Of a DNA stretch of 64,000 nucleotides, positions 55,036 through 64,000 are shown in pieces. The first letter of the stretch is position 1. Each line of letters opens with the position of its first letter. Below the pieces are notes generated by a model. It was not told the origin of the DNA. It worked only from the letters and a program-made list of their open reading frames with translations, and did not search any database. The translations under genes and the position numbers were made by a program. Origin of the DNA: a virus; the IMG/VR virus record IMGVR_UViG_3300037088_000361, positions 32,001 through 96,000 of that record. One strand, written 5' to 3'.

Positions 55036-55784
55036 GCGTAATCGCATCCGAGCTTGTCTTCTACGGGTCGCTTGACCGCCCTACCTCCGATAATACTATC
55101 ACAGGCGGGGGCATCGACATCCAGAACCGCCCGGTGTTCACCCAGCTTGGCTCCAACGCCGCCCTGGAGGTGGTGTCATCGGCAGGGGGGGATGTGACCC
55201 AGACGCTCACGGTGACGGGAAGGGACGCCGCCAGCGTTTATCAAACGAGCACGGCGACCCTGAATGGTGCTTCCGCCGTCCAGCTATCTCCCGCCACGAT
55301 TTTCCAGAGGGTCTTGACGGTAGCGCTTAGCGGCACGGCAGCGGGCACTATCACGTTAAGGAAGACCAGTGCCGGGGCAACCCTTGGAACCATCCCGCCT
55401 GGGGAACTGGGTTTTTTCGCTATGTTCATTAATTCTTATTCGTCGGGGGCTTCGCAGGTTAGATGGGAGAAAGTATTCTTGAAGAACACCGACCCCACGC
55501 TGGCGCTGGTTCTCGCCACGGTAACACTATCTGCCGACTCGGTGGGGGGTCTTATTACGGCGGGGGTGGGGACGGCACTGAACGACACAACCACAATTGC
55601 AAATCGGAAGACCGCACCGGCCGGAATCAGCTTTGCTGCGTTTGGCGTCCCACAGGGCGTGCCCAACAGCGGAAGCCTTACCTCCGGTTCCGCCGTCTCG
55701 GTCTGGGTCTGCCAAGCCTTGGGGGTTAACCAGGCAGTCATTGACAGCACCTTTGCCATTACTGTCCAAGGGAGTACAACTTAA
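55032..55784 (+). CDS. Probable virion structural protein
   Basis: 250 aa, T/G/A/S-rich beta protein coupled to the fibre gene. Confidence 0.65.
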   Translation: MSVIASELVFYGSLDRPTSDNTITGGGIDIQNRPVFTQLGSNAALEVVSSAGGDVTQTLTVTGRDAASVYQTSTATLNGASAVQLSPATIFQRVLTVALSGTAAGTITLRKTSAGATLGTIPPGELGFFAMFINSYSSGASQVRWEKVFLKNTDPTLALVLATVTLSADSVGGLITAGVGTALNDTTTIANRKTAPAGISFAAFGVPQGVPNSGSLTSGSAVSVWVCQALGVNQAVIDSTFAITVQGSTT

Positions 55785-56900
55785 ATGTCTGCACACACTT
55801 TTCCCGCTCTTGACACGAACAACGAATTTACCGGGACGAATAAATTTGACAATGGCATCAATGTGGCTGCCGGTGCTCTCCAAGTAGCAGGTTCTAACAT
55901 TGCTGCGGCTAATCTTGCTGATGGTAAGTCTGGTGCAGGCAAGATTGGGATGCAGGGTGCTAACAATCTAGGCACGTATTCTGGTGGAGCTTTGGTGTTC
56001 GATGCCTCTCTAGGGAATCTTCAAACTGTGACGCTTGGTGCAAACACCGGCACTCCTACTCTGGTAAACACTTCTCCAGGTCAGATTGTCACCTTCTTGA
56101 TTACTCAAGACAGCACGGGCGGTCGTACCTTCACTTGGCCTACTAATGTGTTTGGTGGTGGTGCAGTTGATATCACTGCTGGAGCATGGAGTATCCAAGA
56201 CTTAATCTGCGATTCAAGCGGCAACGCCTATCCCAAAGACAACTTAAAGACACAGTTCAACACGATGAATTACTACCAGCTTTGGGACTTTGTAAATAAT
56301 TATGACGGTCAAACTGGTACTTCCGTAGGAACTCCTTCTGGGGGGTATTCTGAAGTACAAACCCTTCCAGATAAAAATCATCCGGGAGTATGGGTACTTC
56401 TTACAGGTACTTCTATTAATACTGGATATAGTTGGGTATCGGCTGCTCAGGAAAATTTTACTCAAATATTATCATCTTCTTCGGGAATCCCTTGGACATG
56501 CGAGTTTCTACTTGAGACAAATAGTATTTCTAATATTCGAATCCAAGTCGGGTTTATCTACCTTTCGGGAGCAAACCCACCTACTTACGGGGACTACTTT
56601 CAGTTTGATTCATCTGTTGATGCTTATTGGCATTATATTACGAATCAAAATTCGAGTTTAACGAATGCAGCATCTTCTGTTGCCGTAGTTGCTAACACGT
56701 GGTATCGTTTGAGAATTTCATTTAACGGTAATAGCATTAGTCCAGTGGTCAGTTTTTATATCAATGGCGTATTAGTGGGCACTAGTTCAACAAATCTTTC
56801 AACGAATGGTTATTTCTCCTTTCAGGCTACAAATCTGAGCACTGTAGCACAATCGGTTTATCTTGACTTGGCAGCTTTAGGAGCTAATGTGGTTCGTTAG
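55785..56900 (+). CDS. Tail-fibre-like protein with C-terminal lectin/LamG-like domain
   Basis: ITQD.TGGRT.TWP motif; NTWYRLRI...VSFYINGVLVGT; lower GC in the C-terminal half. Confidence 0.65.
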   Translation: MSAHTFPALDTNNEFTGTNKFDNGINVAAGALQVAGSNIAAANLADGKSGAGKIGMQGANNLGTYSGGALVFDASLGNLQTVTLGANTGTPTLVNTSPGQIVTFLITQDSTGGRTFTWPTNVFGGGAVDITAGAWSIQDLICDSSGNAYPKDNLKTQFNTMNYYQLWDFVNNYDGQTGTSVGTPSGGYSEVQTLPDKNHPGVWVLLTGTSINTGYSWVSAAQENFTQILSSSSGIPWTCEFLLETNSISNIRIQVGFIYLSGANPPTYGDYFQFDSSVDAYWHYITNQNSSLTNAASSVAVVANTWYRLRISFNGNSISPVVSFYINGVLVGTSSTNLSTNGYFSFQATNLSTVAQSVYLDLAALGANVVR

Positions 56901-56908
56901 GATAATTT

Positions 56909-57109
56909 ATGGCAAACGCAACCATTTCTACAATTACCGCCACGGGAGATGTTGTCCGCACCGTCTTAATTCAGTACCCGGTCGGGGCGAATAGTTGGCT
57001 GTACACTCCAGTTCAGATGGCAGAAATCTCCCGAATCTTAAATCGGGAGTTTAACAACATGCTCGCAACCCTCGCTGCTGAGATGCCGGAATTAATTATC
57101 AGTGGATAA
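56909..57109 (+). CDS. Hypothetical protein
   Basis: 66-aa ORF within the operon. Confidence 0.55.
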   Translation: MANATISTITATGDVVRTVLIQYPVGANSWLYTPVQMAEISRILNREFNNMLATLAAEMPELIISG

Positions 57110-57120
57110 GGAGTCTTTAA

Positions 57121-58359
57121 ATGCAACTCATAACTGGACCCAAATCGAACGTTGATAATCTCGCTGCCAACCTTGCTAACTGGGCAAATATGGCAAGAGC
57201 ATACCCTCCCTCATGGGACGGAGCCAAGCACAGAATTCCGATGGCCACTCCAGGACATGGTTCATTTGGAGACATGCTTCCGGGACGTGGCCTGTATCTG
57301 AACCACGACCTGAAAGACTTGGGTATTACGAGGGGAGATATTCCTCATGTCTACGAGCGCACCCAGGTCAAGAAGATTTCCGAAGCTCTGTTATCAGAAC
57401 GAAATGCCCTCAAACTCATTGCCTATCGGGATTATGCTTTGCGAGGAGGGCACGTTGCTGCGGATGTAGCCAGAGCGGCCATTACGACCTACGATGGCAT
57501 CATTGCTGCAAGAGCCGGTGGATTTGCCAACGATGTGTATATGGCCAAGGCTTCCATCACGTCAGTGGGTTCCATTTGGTATTCTCTCATGCTTGCGGCA
57601 GCAGGAACCATTGCCCCTTTGTCCGGGCTAGCTGCTGGCAGCGGCTCTGCAAATGCTGGTGGGACAGCATGTACCAGAGCGACGGCTGGTGCATGGTCTT
57701 TAGGAATTAACAATCCGACTGGTTCAAATCGAAAGTATCTCCTGACAATCGGCTTCAATTCTGTTCAGCAAATTAACCAGTTGGCGCTTGTGGACCTGCT
57801 GGTAGGTGTTAGCGCACTTTCGACCAACTCCGCCACGAACAATGTGAATACTGTGGCCCTGCCTCGGTACGGAGCCGCTGGGTCGATTATTGTCAATGGT
57901 GCAGGTGTCTGGCCAGTGTTGGAATGTACAACGCCACCTTCGCCTGGTGCTCTTAATTGGGGAGGAACTTATACTAATCAGGCAGGAGCAGGAGCTAACT
58001 TTGTCGCTACCGCCATGGTGAATGCTCAGGTCGCAAGTCGTATCCAGTCAAATGCTACCGGGATGTGGATGTGCCCGTCTTTAGCAGTAGGAGATTATGG
58101 TGTGCAGGGTGTTCTGACCATCACTACATCAGCTCAATTTGCCAGTGGCGTTTTCAACTTGTATCTGGTCTATCCCCTAACCATGCTTCCTGCTCTGGCA
58201 TCAGGGTTGTATTACGAACGTGATTCAACGATTCAAATTGATAGTATCTGTGAATTAGCGAATGCTAGTCAGGTAATCGGATGCTTGGGTGGATTTGTGC
58301 TTCCGAACACAACTTCTACCGGCATTTCTCAGTTCTTCTTTAGAACGTGTGAGGGATAA
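57121..58359 (+). CDS. Probable virion structural protein
   Basis: 412 aa, AAGGAG RBS, A/G/T-rich. Confidence 0.65.
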   Translation: MQLITGPKSNVDNLAANLANWANMARAYPPSWDGAKHRIPMATPGHGSFGDMLPGRGLYLNHDLKDLGITRGDIPHVYERTQVKKISEALLSERNALKLIAYRDYALRGGHVAADVARAAITTYDGIIAARAGGFANDVYMAKASITSVGSIWYSLMLAAAGTIAPLSGLAAGSGSANAGGTACTRATAGAWSLGINNPTGSNRKYLLTIGFNSVQQINQLALVDLLVGVSALSTNSATNNVNTVALPRYGAAGSIIVNGAGVWPVLECTTPPSPGALNWGGTYTNQAGAGANFVATAMVNAQVASRIQSNATGMWMCPSLAVGDYGVQGVLTITTSAQFASGVFNLYLVYPLTMLPALASGLYYERDSTIQIDSICELANASQVIGCLGGFVLPNTTSTGISQFFFRTCEG

Positions 58360-59079
58360 ATGATATTTCTTGGGCCACCGTTGACTAGCACTGATGGTAT
58401 GACTGGTGCATTACAGGCAGCAACCTCTGGAGTATTTTTATTTTATGGTAGTCCTGCTCAGCTCGGGCTAATCAGCGCCCGCGCGATGACAGTTACAGAG
58501 AATGCTATCTGCTATCGCTTTCGTCCAGCTTCTGCTTCATGGGCGTCAGCATACTTCACTCGCAACTGGCACAGTGTTGGAGCCAACGGCAAGCCCGACG
58601 CTGCAACTCCGATGCGGGTAAAGTCTCCGTACATCCCAGTGAGTCAAGCCGTGGCGGTGAACTATGAAAATTTGATGGCGGTAGTCTCGGCTACAGGGGT
58701 GCTTCCCTATATACTCATCAACGACTCAGGGGCTGGCACATGGCAAGTGCTTATAGACAACAATAAGATTTTATGGACCTCCCCCTCTCCCGCCGCCTCG
58801 CCCTCTACAGTGACCCTTACTGACTACACCAGTGGTACTACCAGTTGGCAGTTGGGTATCACTACCAGCGGAACCCTGACCACCACCTCCGAGACATTCA
58901 ACCCCGCTTACCCTGTAGGGATAGCCTTAATTTCCCCGAATGGGAGCTTCTACGCTCTGGGTGTGGACAGTAACGGTTTGCTCAATACCTTCGCCGCGCC
59001 GCCTCCGACCTTTGGGGTACCGTATGAGGTCTACCGCAACTTCGCCTACAAGAATCGAAGCCAAGGCTGGATTACTTAG
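58360..59079 (+). CDS. Probable virion structural protein
   Basis: 239 aa with repeated L.SP.G..(W/Y).L.V...G.L.T motif. Confidence 0.6.
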   Translation: MIFLGPPLTSTDGMTGALQAATSGVFLFYGSPAQLGLISARAMTVTENAICYRFRPASASWASAYFTRNWHSVGANGKPDAATPMRVKSPYIPVSQAVAVNYENLMAVVSATGVLPYILINDSGAGTWQVLIDNNKILWTSPSPAASPSTVTLTDYTSGTTSWQLGITTSGTLTTTSETFNPAYPVGIALISPNGSFYALGVDSNGLLNTFAAPPPTFGVPYEVYRNFAYKNRSQGWIT

Positions 59080-59145
59080 ACGACCCCCATTCGGCAAGAT
59101 GGATAAAGTCTCCTCGGTATTAGTATTATGGTATCAGGGAGAACT

Positions 59146-62100
59146 ATGGGCGTCAAGTTCAGCGTTGCTATCATAATGAGGAATGCGGTCAAGACCTTGC
59201 CCAGGCTTGCCGTTTCTCTTAAGGAATTCCTAGCACATGGGGGAGAGTGGATAGGGATGGACACCGGGTCTACGGACGGCACTCCCCAGCTTGCCCGAGA
59301 CTTGGGTTGCACGGTCTTTGAGGTCGGGGACAAGTTCATCTTTGAGCTACCATCGGGACTGGTGGAGAAGATAAACACTCGGTTTGTGGTATCGGGTGAA
59401 GAGCTAATAGTACAGGTGTCCGACCGCTTGTTTGACTACTCGTCAGCCAGGAACTTTGCCGCCAAGATGGCGAGCAACGATGTTGTATCAATGCCCGATG
59501 CAGATGAGCAGTATACCAACCTTAACATAGACGCCATCGAGAAGGTCATTGACCAAGGCTACCAGCAGTTTGAATTCCATTTCATATTCGCTCACGACCA
59601 CCTTGGTCGTCCCGCTGTGGCTTTCCGACAGTGTAAAATGTATGATAGACGGAAGATGTCCTGGACCGGTATCGTACATGAAGTGCTGACTGGAAATGCA
59701 AATCGAACATACTTGCCCCCCGATGTCCTTTTGCTGGAGCATTTTCAGATACTAGACAACACACCGCATCGAAATAGATATCTTGCTGGTCTATCCTTGG
59801 ATTGTTACCTTAATCAGGAAAATGATAGAAATAGCCACTATTTGGCCCGAGAATTTATGTGGTCAGGACGCCCCAAGAGTGCCATACGAGAGTTTGATAG
59901 GCACATTGCTATGAACCGATGGGCGCAAGAAAGGGGACAATCTCTTATCTTCCGTGGAGATTGCTATCTATCTTTGGGGAACGAGGAAGAAGCGTTAGCA
60001 TCTTGGCACCGGGCGATAACAGCCGATGGCACAAGGCGGGAGCCGTGGCTTCGTCTTGCCGACTATTTTTGGAAGAAGAATGACCCTCAGAAGGTTGTCA
60101 GCTATGTATCCGCCGCCTTGGAGGTTCCATTTAACGATTGCTATTGCAACCAGCAATCCCACTATAGGGATATTCCACATCAATTGATGTATTGGGCGTT
60201 ATGGTGGCTTGGCGACCGAGAACGCTCCAAGGAGCATTGGCAGAAGGCCCTTGCCTATGACCCGACCAACCCCAAGTACATCCAAGACAAGCAGTATTAC
60301 GAGTCCGACCCCAATGCTTACATCCAACCAACCCCGGAGATTGAAGGCTGGATGACCCCCTTTGAACTCAACTGGCTCCATCAGCAGGCAAAAAAGGTTG
60401 ATAGCATCCTAGAACTGGGAAGCTGGAAGGGACGAAGTACGCACGCCCTGTTGTCCGGTTGCAAGGGCAAGGTCACCTGCGTGGACACATGGAAGGGGTC
60501 GGCCGACCCACGTGACTCGACCAACGTCATGGCGAAGCAAGCGGATGTCCTGGTCGAGTTCAAGAATAACGTCGGGCACTTCCCCAACCTTGAAATCGTG
60601 CAGATGGACAGCGCCTATGCCGCCGCCAAGTTCGCCGCTGAGGGACGGAAGTTTGATATGGTGTTCATTGACGCCGGGCATACATATGAAGAGGTCAAGC
60701 GGGACATTGAGTTGTGGCGGCATAAGGCCAAGGTCATCCTCTCGGGGCATGATTATCTCCCGCAGACATGGATGGGCGTGTGCCAGGCGGTAGATGAGTT
60801 ATGCGGCAAAACCTACAAAGCGGAGTCCATCTGGTATACCCCTGCGGTGCCTATGCCTAGAATTCAGGGGTTATACCCCGAATCTTTAGCTGAATTCCAA
60901 GATAAAATAGAGGCGAATACCCCCTTTTCTTTTGTTAAATGCGGAGATGGTGAGCTGGCCTGTATGAATGGGGAACAAGGGGGCACTTGTGACGGGCAGC
61001 CCTACTCTTTTGAACTGAACACCGCCTTACGCAGGGTCTTTGCCTTCTTGATGTCCCATAGCTCCTACTTGGCAGCTTGGGAAGACCGTGCCGATGCGGA
61101 TGGACGCCTGCTCTTGCACCGCACCGACACCCAAAACATGGCTGCCTTGAGGTCTTTCTACGGAACTGTGCGCAATTCACCAAATCGGAAGGTATTCATC
61201 GGTCCCGCCAAGTTGTCGGGGGCTGCCAAGATGCTTCGGGCTGAGCATCTCACTGTTCCCGACAAGGATGCATTCTCTGGTTACAACGAACTGTGGGACC
61301 GACTGAAGGGGATGCTTGTCGAGAGGGGTATCTACCTGTTTAGCGCCGGACCCACTGCTAAAGTTCTTATAGCCGACGCGCTCAGGGCTTGCCCAAGCAT
61401 CACTTGCCTAGACACAGGAAGCTCTTTTGACCCCATCTTCCTTAGCCAGACTAGGACTTTCCAAGCACCTCAGGGGGAGCTTAGAGAGTTGTATGCTGAT
61501 TTTTTAGAGCCAAAGATTCCTAAAAGTGTTTTCACCGTCTGGCTCTCCGACGGCCCAGAGTTGCCGTCCAATATTGAGAAGTGTGTGGCCAGCCAGCGGG
61601 CAGTTCCTGGGTATGAGCACAAGGTAATCACACTTGCCGACCTGCCCAAGGGCATACCCTATCTTGATGCGGCCATCGCAGCCAAGAGGTGGGTCAAGGC
61701 GTCAGACTACCTGCGTATCCACGAATTAGTTGAGAGAGGGGGCATCCACTTGGACGCAGATGTGGAGGTGTTGCCCGGCAGGAACTTTGATGACCTGCTG
61801 AGTGCTTCTCTCTTTGTGGGAAGAGAGGAGAACGGGTTTATCTCTACGGCCGTAATCGGAGCCATTCCTAATCATCCTCTCCTGAAGGAGCACCTAGAGG
61901 AAGTCGTCCGCAAGTTCAAAGGGGACGACGACAAGAACTTTGAGTCGTCCTTGGAGTTAATCACGCCTCGTATCTATACGGCAGCGACAACCGACAACAG
62001 CATCCAAATATGCTCCCCCGAGTACTTTTACCCATATAATCATCAGACGGGATGTATCAATGTTACCGGTAATACCCGTGTTTTTCATCATTTCCTGAAG

Positions 62101-62763
62101 TCCTGGACCAAGGGGAAGGAAAGTGGGGATTTACTACCCACGGTCGCCATCCTGATACCCACTCTGGGACGCCCAGAGGGACTCCAGCGATGCCTAGACT
62201 CCATTGACCAGCTCTATTACCCAAAACATCTGGTTCGAGTTGTCGTTGACCACGATGAGGGCACGGTTCCCCAGAAGGTCAACCGTATGGCCACCGCTAA
62301 TCAAGATGTGGATGCTTTTCTGTATGCGGCTAACGATGTTGAGTTTAATGACCCATGGTGCTTGTATCGGGCGGTCAAGGAGGCACAGGGCAATCCACCC
62401 GACCCACATCCGTTTGAGGTGCCGCCAACCACACCATTCCTGTATGGCTTGGTGTCCTTTAACACCGGACCGGTGTATTCTGATGAGGGCAATATCTCGG
62501 AGCACTTCCTTATCACCAAAGCGCTCTGGGATGAGCTCGGAGAGATATTTTCCGAGAAGTTCCACCATTGTGGCTGTGACAACTTGTTGTGGGCGAAGGC
62601 GCAGAAGCTCAAGCAGGCATATCATTCTGAGACCGCAAAAATAACCCACCACCACTTCACTAAAGGCGCTCCGAGGGATGATGTATATAGCATTGGGTGG
62701 TCACAGGTAGAGCAGGACCGGGCCATTCTCGTTGAGGAGCTTAAAAAGCTGGAGGCTATCTAG
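59146..62763 (+). CDS. Multidomain enzyme: GT2, TPR, SAM methyltransferase, GT-D(DUF1792)-like, GT32 and GT2
   Basis: DTGSTDGT/ARN/DADE/VHE; TPR helices; LELGSWKGRST..VDTW..FIDAGHTYE..GHDY; F.K.GDGE; IPK....W..SDYLR....GGI.LDADVE; ILIPTLGR...ND. Confidence 0.85.
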   Translation: MGVKFSVAIIMRNAVKTLPRLAVSLKEFLAHGGEWIGMDTGSTDGTPQLARDLGCTVFEVGDKFIFELPSGLVEKINTRFVVSGEELIVQVSDRLFDYSSARNFAAKMASNDVVSMPDADEQYTNLNIDAIEKVIDQGYQQFEFHFIFAHDHLGRPAVAFRQCKMYDRRKMSWTGIVHEVLTGNANRTYLPPDVLLLEHFQILDNTPHRNRYLAGLSLDCYLNQENDRNSHYLAREFMWSGRPKSAIREFDRHIAMNRWAQERGQSLIFRGDCYLSLGNEEEALASWHRAITADGTRREPWLRLADYFWKKNDPQKVVSYVSAALEVPFNDCYCNQQSHYRDIPHQLMYWALWWLGDRERSKEHWQKALAYDPTNPKYIQDKQYYESDPNAYIQPTPEIEGWMTPFELNWLHQQAKKVDSILELGSWKGRSTHALLSGCKGKVTCVDTWKGSADPRDSTNVMAKQADVLVEFKNNVGHFPNLEIVQMDSAYAAAKFAAEGRKFDMVFIDAGHTYEEVKRDIELWRHKAKVILSGHDYLPQTWMGVCQAVDELCGKTYKAESIWYTPAVPMPRIQGLYPESLAEFQDKIEANTPFSFVKCGDGELACMNGEQGGTCDGQPYSFELNTALRRVFAFLMSHSSYLAAWEDRADADGRLLLHRTDTQNMAALRSFYGTVRNSPNRKVFIGPAKLSGAAKMLRAEHLTVPDKDAFSGYNELWDRLKGMLVERGIYLFSAGPTAKVLIADALRACPSITCLDTGSSFDPIFLSQTRTFQAPQGELRELYADFLEPKIPKSVFTVWLSDGPELPSNIEKCVASQRAVPGYEHKVITLADLPKGIPYLDAAIAAKRWVKASDYLRIHELVERGGIHLDADVEVLPGRNFDDLLSASLFVGREENGFISTAVIGAIPNHPLLKEHLEEVVRKFKGDDDKNFESSLELITPRIYTAATTDNSIQICSPEYFYPYNHQTGCINVTGNTRVFHHFLKSWTKGKESGDLLPTVAILIPTLGRPEGLQRCLDSIDQLYYPKHLVRVVVDHDEGTVPQKVNRMATANQDVDAFLYAANDVEFNDPWCLYRAVKEAQGNPPDPHPFEVPPTTPFLYGLVSFNTGPVYSDEGNISEHFLITKALWDELGEIFSEKFHHCGCDNLLWAKAQKLKQAYHSETAKITHHHFTKGAPRDDVYSIGWSQVEQDRAILVEELKKLEAI

Positions 62764-62844
62764 CCCCTTTCAAATCCCGCCTACAGCCTCCTTAAGTTAG
62801 AGGTCTAGGCGGATGTCATCTACCTTTAGATAGTAATATATTCT

Positions 62845-63540
62845 ATGAAGAAAATTACTAGCCCGCTTAAAGTTGAACTTGACACGGTCATCCCTTCGCT
62901 TGATTTCAGGACCGTTCGGCAGGAGCTTGCTTTGCAGGGTAAGAAGTTCGGCAAGGACGCCCTCCACAATATCCCTTACTCCCAGCTTCACCTTTGTTGC
63001 ATCGGTTCGGCCGGTGTGACCGCCTGCTCTCCTCGGATAGTCTATCTTGAAAAAGAACGTAGACTGGAGCGCTTCGTGTCTCTCGCCCCGGAAGAGCTTG
63101 CCCGCTCTGAGCGGTGGCTCAAGGCAGAAGGAATGTTCAACGATGTCGTGGCGGAAGTCACCGCCAAGTCTGCTCCCGCTTGGGACAACCTCAAGCCCCG
63201 ACAGCAGCTTGTGGCTGTGTTGTTCTGCCTCTATAATCACACGGATGACCCCGAGGACCGGGTGGTGGAGGTAATCGCTTTGTTGCAGGAGTCGGCGGGC
63301 GATGGCATACCGCCAATGCTCTGCTCTGAGCTTTGTTCCAAGGTGGTCAGCCTGACCCGTAGACTCCTCGGCATGGGGGTGGAGGAGAAGGACAAGATTG
63401 GGGACTCCGAGTTCCGGGAGGGGGTATTTCAAGTCATTGAGGCAATCCTTGGCGTCCTGCCCAAGGAGGAGCAGGCGGTGCTTATTCAAGAGAGGCTTAG
63501 GGGATTTTCCTGTACCTCCGATTGCTACCGCTCGTACTAA
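62845..63540 (+). CDS. Hypothetical protein
   Basis: 231-aa ORF collinear with its neighbours. Confidence 0.6.
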   Translation: MKKITSPLKVELDTVIPSLDFRTVRQELALQGKKFGKDALHNIPYSQLHLCCIGSAGVTACSPRIVYLEKERRLERFVSLAPEELARSERWLKAEGMFNDVVAEVTAKSAPAWDNLKPRQQLVAVLFCLYNHTDDPEDRVVEVIALLQESAGDGIPPMLCSELCSKVVSLTRRLLGMGVEEKDKIGDSEFREGVFQVIEAILGVLPKEEQAVLIQERLRGFSCTSDCYRSY

Positions 63541-63602
63541 AGTATATAAAAATCCCCTAAAAAGTCTTCGGGTGGTGTATTATACCTATGGAGGGAATAT
63601 TC

Positions 63603-64000
63603 ATGGGAGATACACCCACAGTGACAGTCGGCATGGAAGACCGGGACCTTCAGTCCCCGTTTGCCGTTAACTACTCACCCAACCTAATTGACCACTTCCC
63701 GTTCCCCACCATTAGGCCCGCCCAGACCAAGGCTCTTGATACTTTCAATCAAGCCGTCAAGCAAAACAAGAAGTTTATCGTGCTGGAATTGCCCTGCGGC
63801 GTGGGGAAAAGCCCCCTTGCCATCGACATCGGGTCTTGGGCAAAGACGCTGCCGGAAAGCAACAACATTGAGCCGGGGTCATATATCCTGACACCGCAAA
63901 AATCCCTTCAAGACCAATACCTCAGGGAATTTGAGCCCCGTGGTCTGGCGTGCCTGAAGGGCAAGTCGAACTACACCTGCAATGGCTTCCACTACCCCGA
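63603..64000 (+). CDS. Partial DinG/Rad3-like SF2 helicase (runs off the right edge)
   Basis: Hand translation FPFPTIRPAQ (Q motif), ELPCGVGKS (Walker A), TPQKSLQDQY, LKGKSNYTC; GGAGGG RBS. Confidence 0.85.
   Translation, partial: MGDTPTVTVGMEDRDLQSPFAVNYSPNLIDHFPFPTIRPAQTKALDTFNQAVKQNKKFIVLELPCGVGKSPLAIDIGSWAKTLPESNNIEPGSYILTPQKSLQDQYLREFEPRGLACLKGKSNYTCNGFHYP

Noticed and set aside
52843-59079. Stop-codon readthrough or recoding suggested by in-frame stop-ATG junctions (53400/53401, 55784/55785, 58359/58360)
   Set aside because: The junctions use both TAG and TAA, long genes are intact under the standard code, and no suppressor tRNA is present. This is tight gene packing.

Overview
This looks like a 64-kb segment of a large (jumbo-type) tailed-phage genome using the standard genetic code. 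From 1 to about 36 kb, mostly on the minus strand, is a tail/baseplate module: tape measure protein, hub, spike and tube-initiator-like proteins, a 2019-aa Ig-repeat protein and a gp25-like wedge. This module is interrupted by a GH19 endolysin, an RlpA-like transglycosylase and GIY-YIG/HNH endonucleases. The region 36-44.9 kb holds replication and nucleotide genes (DnaB-like helicase, initiator-like protein, class II RNR) and an intact-looking IsrB/omegaRNA (IS200/IS605) element. At 44.9-49.7 kb is an RNA-gene array with 15 tRNAs, a tmRNA and several unexplained stem-closed RNAs. At 52.8-62.8 kb are a Gly-Tyr-Thr repeat fibre cluster and a six-domain glycosyl/methyl-transferase, and the window ends in a partial DinG-like helicase. 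The most striking observation is that the tRNA array supplies essentially the whole GNN codon box (Val/Ala/Asp/Glu/Gly) plus Cys and Ile(UAU). It is preceded by a 36-codon leader ORF whose core is built almost entirely from those codons, overlapping mutually exclusive 1:2, 2:3 and 3:4 hairpins. This suggests a ribosome-mediated attenuator that switches on phage tRNA supply when those tRNAs run short. All calls were made by eye from motifs; no searches or folding programs were run.
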